DNA from: Basidiobolus meristosporus CBS 931.73
Lineage: Eukaryota > Fungi > Basidiobolomycota
Length of the DNA stretch: 32,049 nucleotides
Direction: 5' to 3'
Assembly (NCBI GenBank): GCA_002104905.1
Contig: MCFE01000834.1
Coordinates: forward strand, 1-32,049
Every line of letters begins with the position of its first letter. Positions within the stretch are counted from its first letter, which is position 1. A model generated the notes under the pieces. That model did not search any database and was not told the origin of the DNA. It saw only the letters and a program-made list of their open reading frames with translations. The translations under genes were made by a program, and so were the position numbers. Shown piece by piece: positions 12,190-23,500 of the stretch.

Positions 12190-12660
12190 CTGAAAACTAA
12201 CTTGGTTCTGCAGGTGGATCCAATCTGGATCAGCCATCAGGATCTCATTAAGAGACTGTCATAGTACCAGCAGCTTGGAATTAGTGACCCTTTAACAATC
12301 TTATGACAGAATCACAAAGGTATTTGGCTAATTTTACTTCCAAATTAAGTGATAAAACATCAAAAGATATGATTGGTACTGTGACAATATTTGCATGGTA
12401 TTGTTGCAGTCTTATTGCGCTCTACAACTGTTTTAAATGGATCCAACTGGTCAGGACATCTAATGGCCTTATATGGCAAGAAGCTTGATGGTATCTCACC
12501 AGCCTCACAGCAAGACTCTGATGGGATTATATTGGCAGTGTGGCAGCCTACAGCTGGTTCCATAAAATGCTACTGTACCAATTTACCAAATGGTATTTTC
12601 TTTTTCTACCTCCCCATATGCAATTCATATATTCCACTGTAGAATCACCCCTCTTTATTT
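12190..12660 (-). pseudogene. Unassigned relic with a CKYCHSTNH..C zinc knuckle, possibly non-LTR (LINE) ORF1/gag-like
   Basis: Minus strand KIPFGKLVQ*HFMEPAVG...TIPCKYCHSTNHIF*C. Not homologous to the copia gag knuckles in this window. The family assignment is pattern-based only. Confidence 0.35.
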
Positions 12661-12697
12661 GCTTACCCACTACTACCTTGGGTATTCCACATACAGT

Positions 12698-14434
12698 TTA
12701 AATCAAAAAAACCATGGCCTTCTGCTTACTAACCTCTACAAATGCACACACCTGCTGTAATTGACATATTTCTATCACCTCAACTCTATGGATTTTTAGT
12801 GTGATACTTGCAAAGTTGCCATATACCTTGTACTGTTGGTAAAATATACATCTTGCAAACATATGCTTGGTTATTGCCACTTCTGCCATGAATACCTCCT
12901 GAATATCTGCAAAGAACTTCTTGGTATTTAGCCAATATATTCCTTCTCCCTGCTGGATTCTAGTCCCCCTTATAGGTGTGCTCTGGCACTTGTTTGTGTG
13001 AATTCCATATTGAATGGCATATAAGTTGGCTTGTGACCAAGAGTAATATGGTATACCATGGTAGAGTTTTCCTAATAAAAATTAGGTGCTTGTTGCACCC
13101 AACCCAACTTTACATTATGTCACTGATTACTCACTCATTGGGGCTGCTTAGCTTCTTAGTGCCATAGGCATAAGTGTCTCCATGTACATATTTGTCATCA
13201 GTATTCTCCAACTCTTCCTGGCTGTCCTCCATGTGCCAACTCATCACATCCATAACAGACTTGAAGGTAATATTCTTGGTGAGATTGGGATATGGTAGTA
13301 CCTGCAACTTGACTTGTCTTTGTATCTCCCCACACATCCACTCCATAGGAAACTCCCAAAGGTGAATCAAGGCCCAATATTCTCCACACACTGTGCAAGA
13401 TGGAGTCAAGAATGGATACAGTAGTGGCAGAGATCTACTTGTTCAGCTTTATGTTTGTAGTATGGCTGCTCAAATCCTGTCACAAACTCCTTGCACAACA
13501 GCTGTAGATGCGTCAAGTTGGCATTGGTGATCTGCTTCTGGATAAATATTCATACAATATCCATCTATGACTCCCAATGCTTCCGATGTACTCTGGGTAG
13601 GAATGGCTTCAGAACACCACTTGAATAAATACATATCCAGTTCATCCAGTCTTTGCATTTGTATTGTCACATATGCATATGAATATTGATTGGAGCCCAT
13701 GAGAATTACTCAGGGTAGCAGATACTCTGTAATATCTTTGCAATTCTTTCAAATTTCTCCAGTATCTTGAAGGGCTCATTTAGCATGAAATGCTCCTTGT
13801 GAAACTTGGTCATCAGTATAGGGATATTGTTGAAAAGCAAATGCATTGCCCTAGTGGAAAGCATTTGCTCTAACAGATACTGTCTATCTTAAGCATCTCT
13901 GGTTTCCAATTGATTCCATATTCTGGTTAATGGCTAATAGCTTGCCAACTTTGCTGCAATTGTATGCTGACTTCTGTATGTTCTCTCTGTGGAAAGATGA
14001 TGTCCTTATTGCTGGTGTTTGGGTAACAATAATGTGTATGAGTTATGGAGTAAATCACCTGGATCTCACACATTTGGCAGCAATACCATCCATTGCACCT
14101 GGAAATACCTGCTATCTTGCTGAGGGCTGGAGTATCTCCAATGCAGATAATAATATGAGCTTTTACATGACAGCCATTTACTGTTGTCCTGCTGGAATGC
14201 ATAGAAAACTCATCCAGCAATGGATACAGGTAGCTATTCAGGTTGGACAGTGACTTAGGCCCAGTTACCAGTGAGACTACCATCAGATTATTGCTCTGAA
14301 ACTGTAAAATGGCCAACAGATTCAGATTGATGAGAATCAGTGGCCAGCAGGATTTGCTGGTAGAGTACTTGTTTAATGAGAATCTATCTAGTGCTAATGC
14401 AAAGGCATGGTCATACATACCTTCAAAGTGGCCC
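12698..14434 (-). pseudogene. CACTA / En-Spm (Tnp2, Transposase_21-like) transposase relic, 5'-truncated
   Basis: DHAFALALDRFS..SCWPLILINLNL..NNLMVVSLVTGPK..LNSYLYPLLDEF..IGDTPALSKIAG..CCQMC (13927-14418); WEFPMEWMCG..PYPNL (13131-13409, DUF4218-like); C-terminal EVIEI..FLI* ending at 12698. Multiple stops. Confidence 0.85.
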
Positions 14435-17191
14435 TATGTCTGCAATCATTTTATCTGTGGGACAGTAAACTAAGCTAACTAAGTTATTCTCTATAGCTTC
14501 ACATACAAAATGATGTCTAATATCTATGTGCTTGGTTCTTGCATGAAAAGTTGGATTTCTACCTAATTGTATACATCCTTGATTATCTTGGAATAAAGTA
14601 ATAGGCATTCATTGACATAGGCCTAAATCTGTAAAGAGCTTTCTTGACCACATTGCTTCTTTTGTAGCTTCACAGGCTGCCATATACTCTGCCTCTGTGG
14701 TAGAGAGTGCTACGGTTGGTTGCTTTCTTGAATTCCATGAGATTGCTCCTTTACAGTAAAGAAAGGTGTACCCTGTGGTGGATCTTCTGTCTTCCAAATT
14801 TTGTCCCCAATCAGCATCAGAGTATCCCACAAGATCCTGTTCTGAATCCTTATAAGTGTATCTTAAGCAGATATCAGCAGTTCCTTTTAGGTATCTAAAA
14901 ATCCGCTTAACTGCTGCAATATGATCAGATCCATAGTTCTGATTATGTTGGCTGACAACTCCCACTGAATATGAGATATCTGGACATGTTCCAAGCATGA
15001 TATACATCAGACTGCCAACCATAGATTGATAAGGAAAGTCAGGGCTTTCAGATGGCACCAAGCTCTCTTGATTTGGTTGAGTTTTGACCAAGTTAAGGTT
15101 TGTCTCCATTGGGGTAGCTGCCAGTTTACAGTCTTCCATTTGGTACTTCTTTAGTATATCTTGAATATACTTGGACTGACTTAGGGTGATAGTCTGGGTA
15201 CTTCTGTCTATGGAGAACTTAATCCCTAAGTAGTAGCTGAGTTCTCCTAGATCGGACATCTTGAACTCCTTAGATAGGCTGGATTTAGTTTCTTCCAATG
15301 TTTCTAGGTTATTGGTGGCTATAATAAGATCGTCCACATATAGAGCTAATAGAATAGGCTATTTAGGGCCTCTTTTACAGTCTGGGGCTTATCAACATGG
15401 ACTGAATAGGCATAGGCTAGGTTTGTACCCTCATTGATATAGTAATTTGGGCTATTTCTTGTCCAATTAGATCTTTGGGCATTTGATACTGGAATGATCA
15501 CTTCTGGGATATTTCTGGGCACTGATTCTGGCTGAACCATGGTTGTAGAGTCCTCTGGAGTGAAAAAATTTTCATTGTTTTGCTCTGATTTAATCCTGAC
15601 AATTGGTGGACTTGAGATCAAATTTTTGTCATCATCTGATGCCATTTTTTGTGAAAATTTTGAGTTTTCATCAAACAACACATCCCTAGACTTGATCAGC
15701 TTCTTTGCTTTGTTACTGTAGAGTTTGTTTGCCTCACTCTCATTGCAGCAGCCCAAAAATATGCATTTTACACTTTTTGGCTCAAATTTTGACTGATTTG
15801 TGGCCAGTTTTTTTGGCATATGCTGTACACCCAAATATTCTTAGATGTTCTGCACTTGGTCTGTATCCATACCATGCTTCAAATGGAGTAGAATCACAAA
15901 GTACTTTGCTATAACTCCTATTTTTAAGGTATACAGCAGTGGCAACTGATTCCGCCCAAAAATCATAGGATAATATTTGATCATGGATTATATATCTTGC
16001 CATATCAATTATTGATCTGTTAGCATGTTCTGCTACTCAATTTTGCTGTGGGGAGTATGGTACAGTAGTCTCTTGCTTTATCCCATGATTTTTGCAGAAG
16101 TGGATGAAGAGTTTTGAGGTATATTCCCCACCATTGTCAGAGCGTATTTTCTTGATTTTTTCACCAGTTTCACTCTCCACCATGGCTTTAAACTCCCTGA
16201 ACTTAGACAGAGCTTCTTCCTTTCTCTCCATGAAGTAGACCCATGTGTATCTTATAAATTTATCAATAAAAGTGATTAAATACTCCATCCTGCCTAAGGA
16301 TAAATTTTGCATAGGTCCTCACAGATCTGAGTGAATTAGATCTAATTTTTTCTCAGTTTTGATTAACCCAGAGCTCTTGAACTGTTGTCTGACTTGTTTC
16401 CCATATATACAGGCCTCACAGTGCTCCAAATTAGCTGGGGGATCAATTCTCACTCCAGAAATTAGCTGATCTTTGATCATTTTATGCAAATAATCAAAAT
16501 TGATGTGTCCAAATCTCCTATGCTAAGGCATTGGTGTTTCTTCATTTAAGTTACTTATATTGGCTTCCAGATATGATGGAATATAAGTCAACTTGTATAG
16601 ATTCTGATCTCTGATGCCTAAAGCAATATGAGCACCATTTTGGTCAGTGATCCTGCATCCAGAATTGTCAAAACTGAAACTGAGTCCTTCTGCTGTGGCC
16701 TTGCTTACACAGAGTAGGTTCTTGGCTATTTCTGGTTTGTAGAGTACTTCTTTAAAGGTCAGTGTATGGCTTCCTTCACTGCTTCTAAGGTTTACTTGGA
16801 TAGTTCCTTCTCCCACTACATCAAGTGTTTTATTGTCACCCATGAAAACCTTCTTAATTGGAATTTCTTCATATTGGGTAAAAAGTTCTTTTTGGTGTGT
16901 AAAGTGTTGAGATGCTCCAGAGTCAATATACCACTTATGAGAATCCTTGTTTGTGGTCATATTTGGTGCAGATATGAATAGTCTATCTTCAATTGTTGCA
17001 GCATTTCCATATTCAGGCTTCTTTTGCTGATTATCTTTCATTTTGAGACACCGGTCTGATGTGTGTCCTTTCCTTTTGCAGTAGTTGCAAAATAGGTTGC
17101 TGTTGCCTTTGTAGGGTCTTGGGTACCTCCTTGTTGGTTATCATTGCTTATTAAAGCATTTTCTTCTTCCTTCTTATTGGCGCTTGATTTT

Positions 17192-17888
17192 TGTTGTATC
17201 CAAGAGAAAGTGTAATAAAACTCTTGAATGGTTTAACTGAACCAAAGGGACAATTAAGTGCAGAATCTTAGAATTGTCAGAGAGTGGCGGAAATATTAGC
17301 AGAAAGATTCTGATATAATATTGGTCTTGGATACAGCTGGGTTGGCTATAAAGACAATGATATTTGTTTGCTAGGCAGGCTAGGCTTGGTGTTCTTTGGA
17401 GCGCTAGATATACTAGGCTTGGATAGAAACTAGAATGGAATTGTTGGATTCTTATTTTTGCTGAGACAGAATCTTAATTTTGTTGAGACACACACTAAAC
17501 CAAAAGGTTCAGCAAACTTTATTTATACTTTTCTGATCAAGTTGAATTAGTAAGTGCCAAGGGACTGGATTGATTGAAATCAATTTGGGTGTTCATAGGT
17601 GCATCAGATAAATGAAAATTACATCATCAATCAACTGATGTCTTGGCAACTGCACAGTGGTTGGATAGATCTCAGATGACTAATCACCTGGGAAGGCTTG
17701 GCAAATAGGTTGATAACGTAATGACCATTTGAAAATAGATCAGGTGTGATAGCTAAAAATAGATTTTGAGGTGGGATAAAATAAGCTGTAACTGGGATTT
17801 GTTATGTTTGGGTTAGGGAAAAGCAGTGAGGGTACTAGATTTTCAAACGGAGTAAAATTGGCTAAGTTTTAAATGTTGATGCACAACA
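17192..17888. repeat. Solo LTR of a third family (697 bp, TGTTG..CAACA) inserted in gag
   Basis: TGTTGTATCC at 17192 to GCACAACA at 17888; near-TSD ATTTT/ATTCT. The flanks rejoin to GCGCTTGATTTTCTTAATTC of the intact gag. No similarity seen to family A or B LTRs; orientation not determined. Confidence 0.75.
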
Positions 17889-18496
17889 ATTCTTTTAATT
17901 CTTCATCCAGGAGCCTTCCATATACATAATTTAAGGTCAAATCTTCAGTTCTGGACTCTAGGGCTGATACAAGGCCCTGAAGCTTGTCTGTCAGGCTATT
18001 CAGGATGGTAACTATCACATCCTTATCAGTAGTTGATATGCCCACAGATTCCATCTCATCTACCAGCAGGGTAATTCTGTTAATTAGATTTTTCATTTCT
18101 TCTCCTAGCAGCATCTTTGTAGTAAAGAATTTTTGTCTCAGATACATTTTCTTGGCAGCTGAACATGACTTGTAGGTGTCTTCCAATGCTTTCCAGGCAT
18201 TCTTTGCCATTTTTGCTCTTGAGCATTGAATTAGCAATTTGTCCTTGACATTAAGGCAAATGCAGTTAAAGGCACTTTGTTCTTTCTTCTGGTACTTTAA
18301 GGCTTCCTCTCCCACGTTTTTACAAGGGCATTCTTCTCCCATGACAATATCCCAAAGGCCTCTTTCTTGCAGCAGCATCATCATCTTCACCTTCCACACT
18401 TGGTAGTTAGATCCATCCAACTTTTCAGCAGAGGGAAAAATTCCAGTAATAGCAGTAGTAGACATTGCAGAGAGTGACAGCTTGCGGATCATAACC

Positions 18497-18845
18497 TGTT
18501 GTAAGAGTCTTGGAGATATTGGAAGTGATTTGGAGAACAAGTAGATTATGTGGTTTTCACTTAATGATTTATTGAATGTAAAAGTAGTATTTATACTTTT
18601 ACCTGGTCTTGGCATTACAAACATGTAGAATAGGTTAAGGAAGGTCCCAAGAACATGTGTGCAAAGTTTGGGGCTGTTTGGACAACTTTGAGAATTTTCA
18701 TGTTCTAGGTACCTGGTTTTTTGGTGAAAATGTTCTAAGTAAATCCCAACAAGGAATTTGGTCAGTATTCTCTAGGATTTAAGGGTAATGAGCTAGGTGA
18801 CTAAGTTAGGTGAATATTTAGGTGGAATTACAAATTTTTACAACA
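18497..18845 (-). repeat. Family A LTR (349 bp)
   Basis: TGTTGTAAGAG..TTTTTACAACA, close to the intact LTR. Confidence 0.95.
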
Positions 18846-19151
18846 CTTACAACAACTTTCACTCAATGACTTGTAGAGTGTAAAAGCAGTGTTTGCACTT
18901 TTGCATGGTTTTGGCATTACAAACATGTTCAATATGTATAGAAAGGTCCCAAGAGCATATGTGCAAGGTTTTGGGCTGTTTGGATGACTTCAATAATTAT
19001 CATATTCTGGGTACTGGATGTTTTTGGTGAAAGTATTCTTAACAGCTCCCAGCATGGAACTTGTTTATTGTTCACAAAGATTTGTAGGTTACAATCTTAG
19101 TGATCATGTTAGACAAATTTATTGGCAGAATTGAAAATCTTGACTACAGCA
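18846..19151 (-). repeat. Older partial family A LTR lacking about the first 47 nt
   Basis: TTTCACTCAATG..AAGGTCCCAAGAGCATATGTGCAAGG..TACAGCA aligns to LTR positions ~48-350 with heavy divergence. Confidence 0.75.
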
Positions 19152-19152
19152 T

Positions 19153-19502
19153 AAATGTTAGGTGGCTGGAAGTGTGCCAATAAGGGACAAGCAGGCAGAA
19201 GCAAATGCACCAGTGCACTGCTTATCAGGGAAAAAGCATAGCACCACTTAAGAGACACTCAGTCCAAGTAGCAGTAAAGGACTAGACAGTGATAAAAACC
19301 ACTGGCTTCCTCAGGAGTCTGTCATAACCAAGGATGAAAGCTCAAAATAAACAGTAAACAAATGTCAGGCTGCTGGAAGAGTGCCAGTAAGGGACAGCCA
19401 GGCATAAACAGATGCACTGGTGCTGCATTTATGAGGGAGAAATGTAGCTCAGTACAGGAAATGCTTAGCCAATGTAGCAGGGAAAAACTTGGCATTGATA
19501 AA
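19153..19502. repeat. Diverged direct repeat, two ~145-bp units, period 207 bp, origin unknown
   Basis: AAATGTTAGGTGGCTGGAAGTGTGCCAATAAGGGACAAGCAGGCAGAAGCAAATGCACC (19153) versus AAATGTCAGGCTGCTGGAAGAGTGCCAGTAAGGGACAGCCAGGCATAAACAGATGCACT (19360). Confidence 0.65.
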
Positions 19503-19656
19503 GGAAGAGGTAAAGGGAAAAGAGTCTAACTAAGATAGAGACAGGGAAGTGTCAGAAAAAAGCTGTAGTTCACACTAATGAATGCCATGAGTCCAGAACA
19601 GGCTCAATCTCATCGTGGCCAAGAAGAATTACCAACAAGACAGCAGCTATTTTCTC

Positions 19657-20004
19657 TGTTATAAGAGTCTTGGAGATATTGGAAGTGATTAGGTGAGCAA
19701 GTAGATTATGTGATTTACACTTAATGATTAATTGAATGTAAAAGTAGTATATTTACTTTTTAACAGTATTGGCATAACAAACACATGGAATAGACTTAGG
19801 AATGTCTCAAGAGCATGTGTGCAAAGTTTGGGGCTACTTGGACAACTATGAGAACTTTCATGTTCTGGGTACCTAATATTTAATGAAATTATCCCAAGTA
19901 AATCCCATCAAGGAATTTGGTCAGTATTCTCTAAGATTTGTAGGTTATGATCTATGTGACAAAGTTGGATGAATATTTAGGTAGAATTGCAAACACTTAC
20001 AACA
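19657..20004 (-). repeat. Family A solo LTR (348 bp)
   Basis: TGTTATAAGAGTC..CTTACAACA; no PBS or PPT beside it. The TSD is only partly matching (TTCTC/TTTCC). Confidence 0.85.
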
Positions 20005-20203
20005 TTTCCAAGAGTTGCAAGCACAGTAAGTTGAGCCAAACTCCAGTGAGGTATATGAGCTTGCAGAGAAAGCTAGTTTGTCTACCACAGCCTCCCCATC
20101 CTCTTGCATAAAGCCATTGGGTTCTTGCTGACACCATAGAAAAAGGGTATTGTGGCAGAAGTGCATACTGAATGGTGGATTTCAATGGAAATAAACCAGT
20201 TTG

Positions 20204-20553
20204 TGTTGTAAGAGTCTTGGAGATATTGGAAGTGATTGGGAGAACAAGTAGATTATGTGGTTTTCACTTAATGATTTATTGAATGTAAAAGTAGTATTTA
20301 TACTTTTACATGGTCTTGGCATTACAAACACGTAGAATAGGTTAAGGAAGGTCCCAAGAACATGTGTGCAAAGTTTGGGGCTGTTTGGACAACTTTGAGA
20401 ATTTTCATGTTCTGGGTACCTGGTATTTTGGTGAAAATATTCTAAGTAAATCCCAACAAGGAATTTGGTCAGTATTCTCTAGGATTTGAAGATGATGATC
20501 TAAGTGACTAAGTTAGGTGAATATTTAGGTGGAAAATACGAATTTTTACAACA
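20204..20553 (-). repeat. 3' LTR of the intact element
   Basis: 350 bp, 8-bp terminal inverted repeat TGTTGTAA/TTACAACA; adjacent to the PPT. Confidence 0.98.
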
Positions 20554-20563
20554 CTCCCACTCA
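20554..20563 (-). other. Polypurine tract (TGAGTGGGAG)
   Basis: Purine run between the pol stop codon and the 3' LTR TGTTG. Confidence 0.85.
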
Positions 20564-20564
20564 G

Positions 20565-23500
20565 CTAAATGTTCATACTGACTAGTCCTAATTTTGACCT
20601 AAGATATTCAAACTTGTCTCTAGCTAATGGTTTGGTAAATATGTCTGCAATCATTTCATCTGTAGGACAGTAAACTAAGCTAACTAAGTTATTCTCTATA
20701 GCTTCACGTATGAAATGATGTCTAATATCTATGTGCTTGGTTCTAGCATGAAAAGTTGGATTTCTACCTAATTGTATACATCCTTGATTATCTTGAAATA
20801 AAGTAATAGGCGTTTTTTGACATAGGCCTAAATCTGTAAAGAGCTTTCTTAACCACATTGCTTCTTTTGTAGCTTCACAGGCTGCCATATACTCTGCCTC
20901 TGTAGTAGAAAGTGCTACGGTTGGTTGCTTTCTTGAATTCCATGAAATGGCTCCTTTACAGTAAAGAAAGGTGTATCCTGTGGTGGATCTTCTGTCTTCT
21001 AAATTTCGTCCCCAATCAGCATCAGAGTATCCCACAAGATCCTGTTCTGAATCCTTATAAGTGTATCTTAAACAGATATCAGCAGTTCCTTTTAGGTATC
21101 TAAAAATCCGCTTAACTGCTGCAATATGATCAGATCCATAATTCTGATTATGTTGGCTGACAACTCCCACTGAATATGAGATATCTGGACGTGTTCCAAG
21201 CATGATATACATCAGACTGCCGACCATAGATTGATAAGGAAAGTCAGGGCTTTCAGATGGCACCAAGCTCTCTTGATTTGGCTGAGTTTTGACCAAGTTA
21301 AGGTTTGTCTCCATTGGGGTAGCTGCCGGTTTACAGTCTTCCATTTTGTACTTCTTTAGTATATCTTGAATATACTTGGATTGGCTTAGGGTAATAGTCT
21401 GGGTACTTCTGTCTATGGAGAACTTAATCCCTAAGTAGTAACTAAGTTCTCCTAGATCGGACATCTTGAACTCCTTAGATAGGCTGGATTTAGTCCCTTC
21501 CAATATTTCTAGGTTATTGGCGGCTATAATAAGATCATCCACATATAGAGCTAATAGAACTGGATTTGCTCTATCTGGTTTATAGTATATACTATAGTCA
21601 GCATTACTCCTTTTGAAACTCAAAGATTCCAAATAAGAATCTATCTTGCAATTCCAGGCTCTCGGTGATTGTTTGAGACCATATAGTGACTTTTTAAGCT
21701 TGCAGACCAAATGGGGGTTATCTTGGTCAACAAAACCATCAGGCTGGTCCATATACACGTCCTCATCAAGTTCTCCATTCAAAAATGCAGTTTTTACATC
21801 CATTTGATGAATAAAAAACTTATATTTGGCTGCAATAGCCAATATTAATCTGATGGAATTAAACTTGGCTACCGGTGCAAAGGTCTCAGTATAGTCAAGT
21901 CCTTTTGTTTGAGAGTATCCTTTGGCTACAAGTCTTGCTTTGTATCTTTCAATTGTACCATCAGCCTTGTATTTTGTCTTGAAGACCCATCTGCATCCAA
22001 TTGATTTTCGGTTGATTGGTAATTTGACTAAGTCCCAAGTTTGATTTTCCATCAGGGCCTGATATTCCTCAGTCATTGCAGATCTCCAAAACTTCGTCTG
22101 AGGGCTATTTAGGGCCTCTTTTACAGTCTGGGGTTCATCAACATGGACTGAATAGGCATAGGCTAAGTTTGTACCCTCATTGATATAGTAATTTGGGCTA
22201 TTTCTTGTTCGATTGGATCTCCGGGCATTTGATACTGGAATGATCACTTCTGGGATATTCCTGGGCACTGATTCTGGCTGAACCACGGTTGTAGAGTCCT
22301 CTGGAGTGAAAAAATTTTCATTGTTTTGCTCTGATTCAATCCTGACAATTGGTGGACTTGAGATCAAATTTTCGTCATCATCTGATGTCATTTTTTGTGA
22401 AAATTTTGAATTTTCATCAAACAACACATCCCTGGACTTGATCAGCTTCTTTGCTTCGGTATTGTAGAGTCTGTATGCCTTACTCTCATTGCAGTAGCCC
22501 AAAAATATGCATTTTACACTTTTTGGCTCAAATTTTGACTGATTTCCGGCCAGTTTTTTGGCATATGCTGTACACCCAAATATTCTTAGATGTTCTGCAC
22601 TTGGTCTGTATCCATACCATGCTTCAAATGGAGTAGAATCACGAAGTATTCTGTTATAACTCCTATTTTTAAGATATACAGCAGTGGCAACTGATTCCGC
22701 CCAAAAATCATAGGATAATTTTTGATCATGGATCATAGATCTTGCCATATCAATTATTGATCTGTTAGCTCGTTCTGCTACTCCATTTTGCTGTGGGGAG
22801 TATGGTACAGTAGTCTCTTGCTTTATCCCATGAATTTTGCAGAAGTGGATGAAGAGTTTTGAGGTATATTCTCCACCATTGTCAGAGCGTATTTTCTTGA
22901 TTTTTTCACCAGTTTCTCTCTCCACCATGGCTTTGAACTCCCTGAGCTTAGACAGAGCTTCTTCCTTTCTCTCCATGAAGTAGACCCATGTGTATCTTGT
23001 ATAATCATCAATAAAAGTGATTAAATACTTCATCCCGCCTAAGGATAAATTTTGCATAGGTCCACACAGATCTGAGTGAATTAGATCTAATTTTTTCTTA
23101 GTTTTGATTAACCCAGAGCTCTTGAACGGTTGTCTGGCTTGTTTCCCATATATGCAGGCTTCACAGTGCTCCAAAATAGCTGGGGGATCAATTTTCACTC
23201 CAGAAATTAGCTGATCTTTGATCATTTTACGCAAATAATCAAAATTGATGTGTCCAAATCTCCTGTGCCAAAGCATTGGTGTTTCTTCATTTAAGTTACT
23301 TATATTGGCTTCCAGATATGATGGAATATAAGTCAACTTGTATAGGTTCTGATCTCTGATGCCCGAAGCAATATGGGCACCATTTTGATCAGTGATCCTG
23401 CATCCAGAATTGTCAAAACTGAAACTGAGTCCTTCTGCTGTGGCCTTGCTTACAGAGAGTAGGTTCTTGGCTATTTCTGGTACATAGAGTACTTCTTTAA

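Larger units (their letters stand above)
14435..18845 (-). mobile_element. Moderately decayed family A copia copy (5' LTR present, 3' end truncated, RT core deleted, solo LTR in gag)
   Basis: Closely colinear with the intact element. LTR 18497-18845, mutated PBS GGTTATGATCCG, ~540-bp deletion joining EALNS to LLALYVDD at ~15355, truncated at 14435 against CACTA DNA. Confidence 0.95.

Noticed and set aside
12668-12673. CACTAC as a CACTA terminal inverted repeat
   Set aside because: Only a 5-6-bp match about 25-30 bp from the transposase stop, with no partner TAGTG end, subterminal repeats or 3-bp TSD to test.
14435-18845. Classical Neurospora-type RIP
   Set aside because: The changes seen by eye centre on CpG rather than CpA/TpG to TpA, and an intact multi-copy element with near-identical LTRs survives. 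A computed spectrum would settle it.
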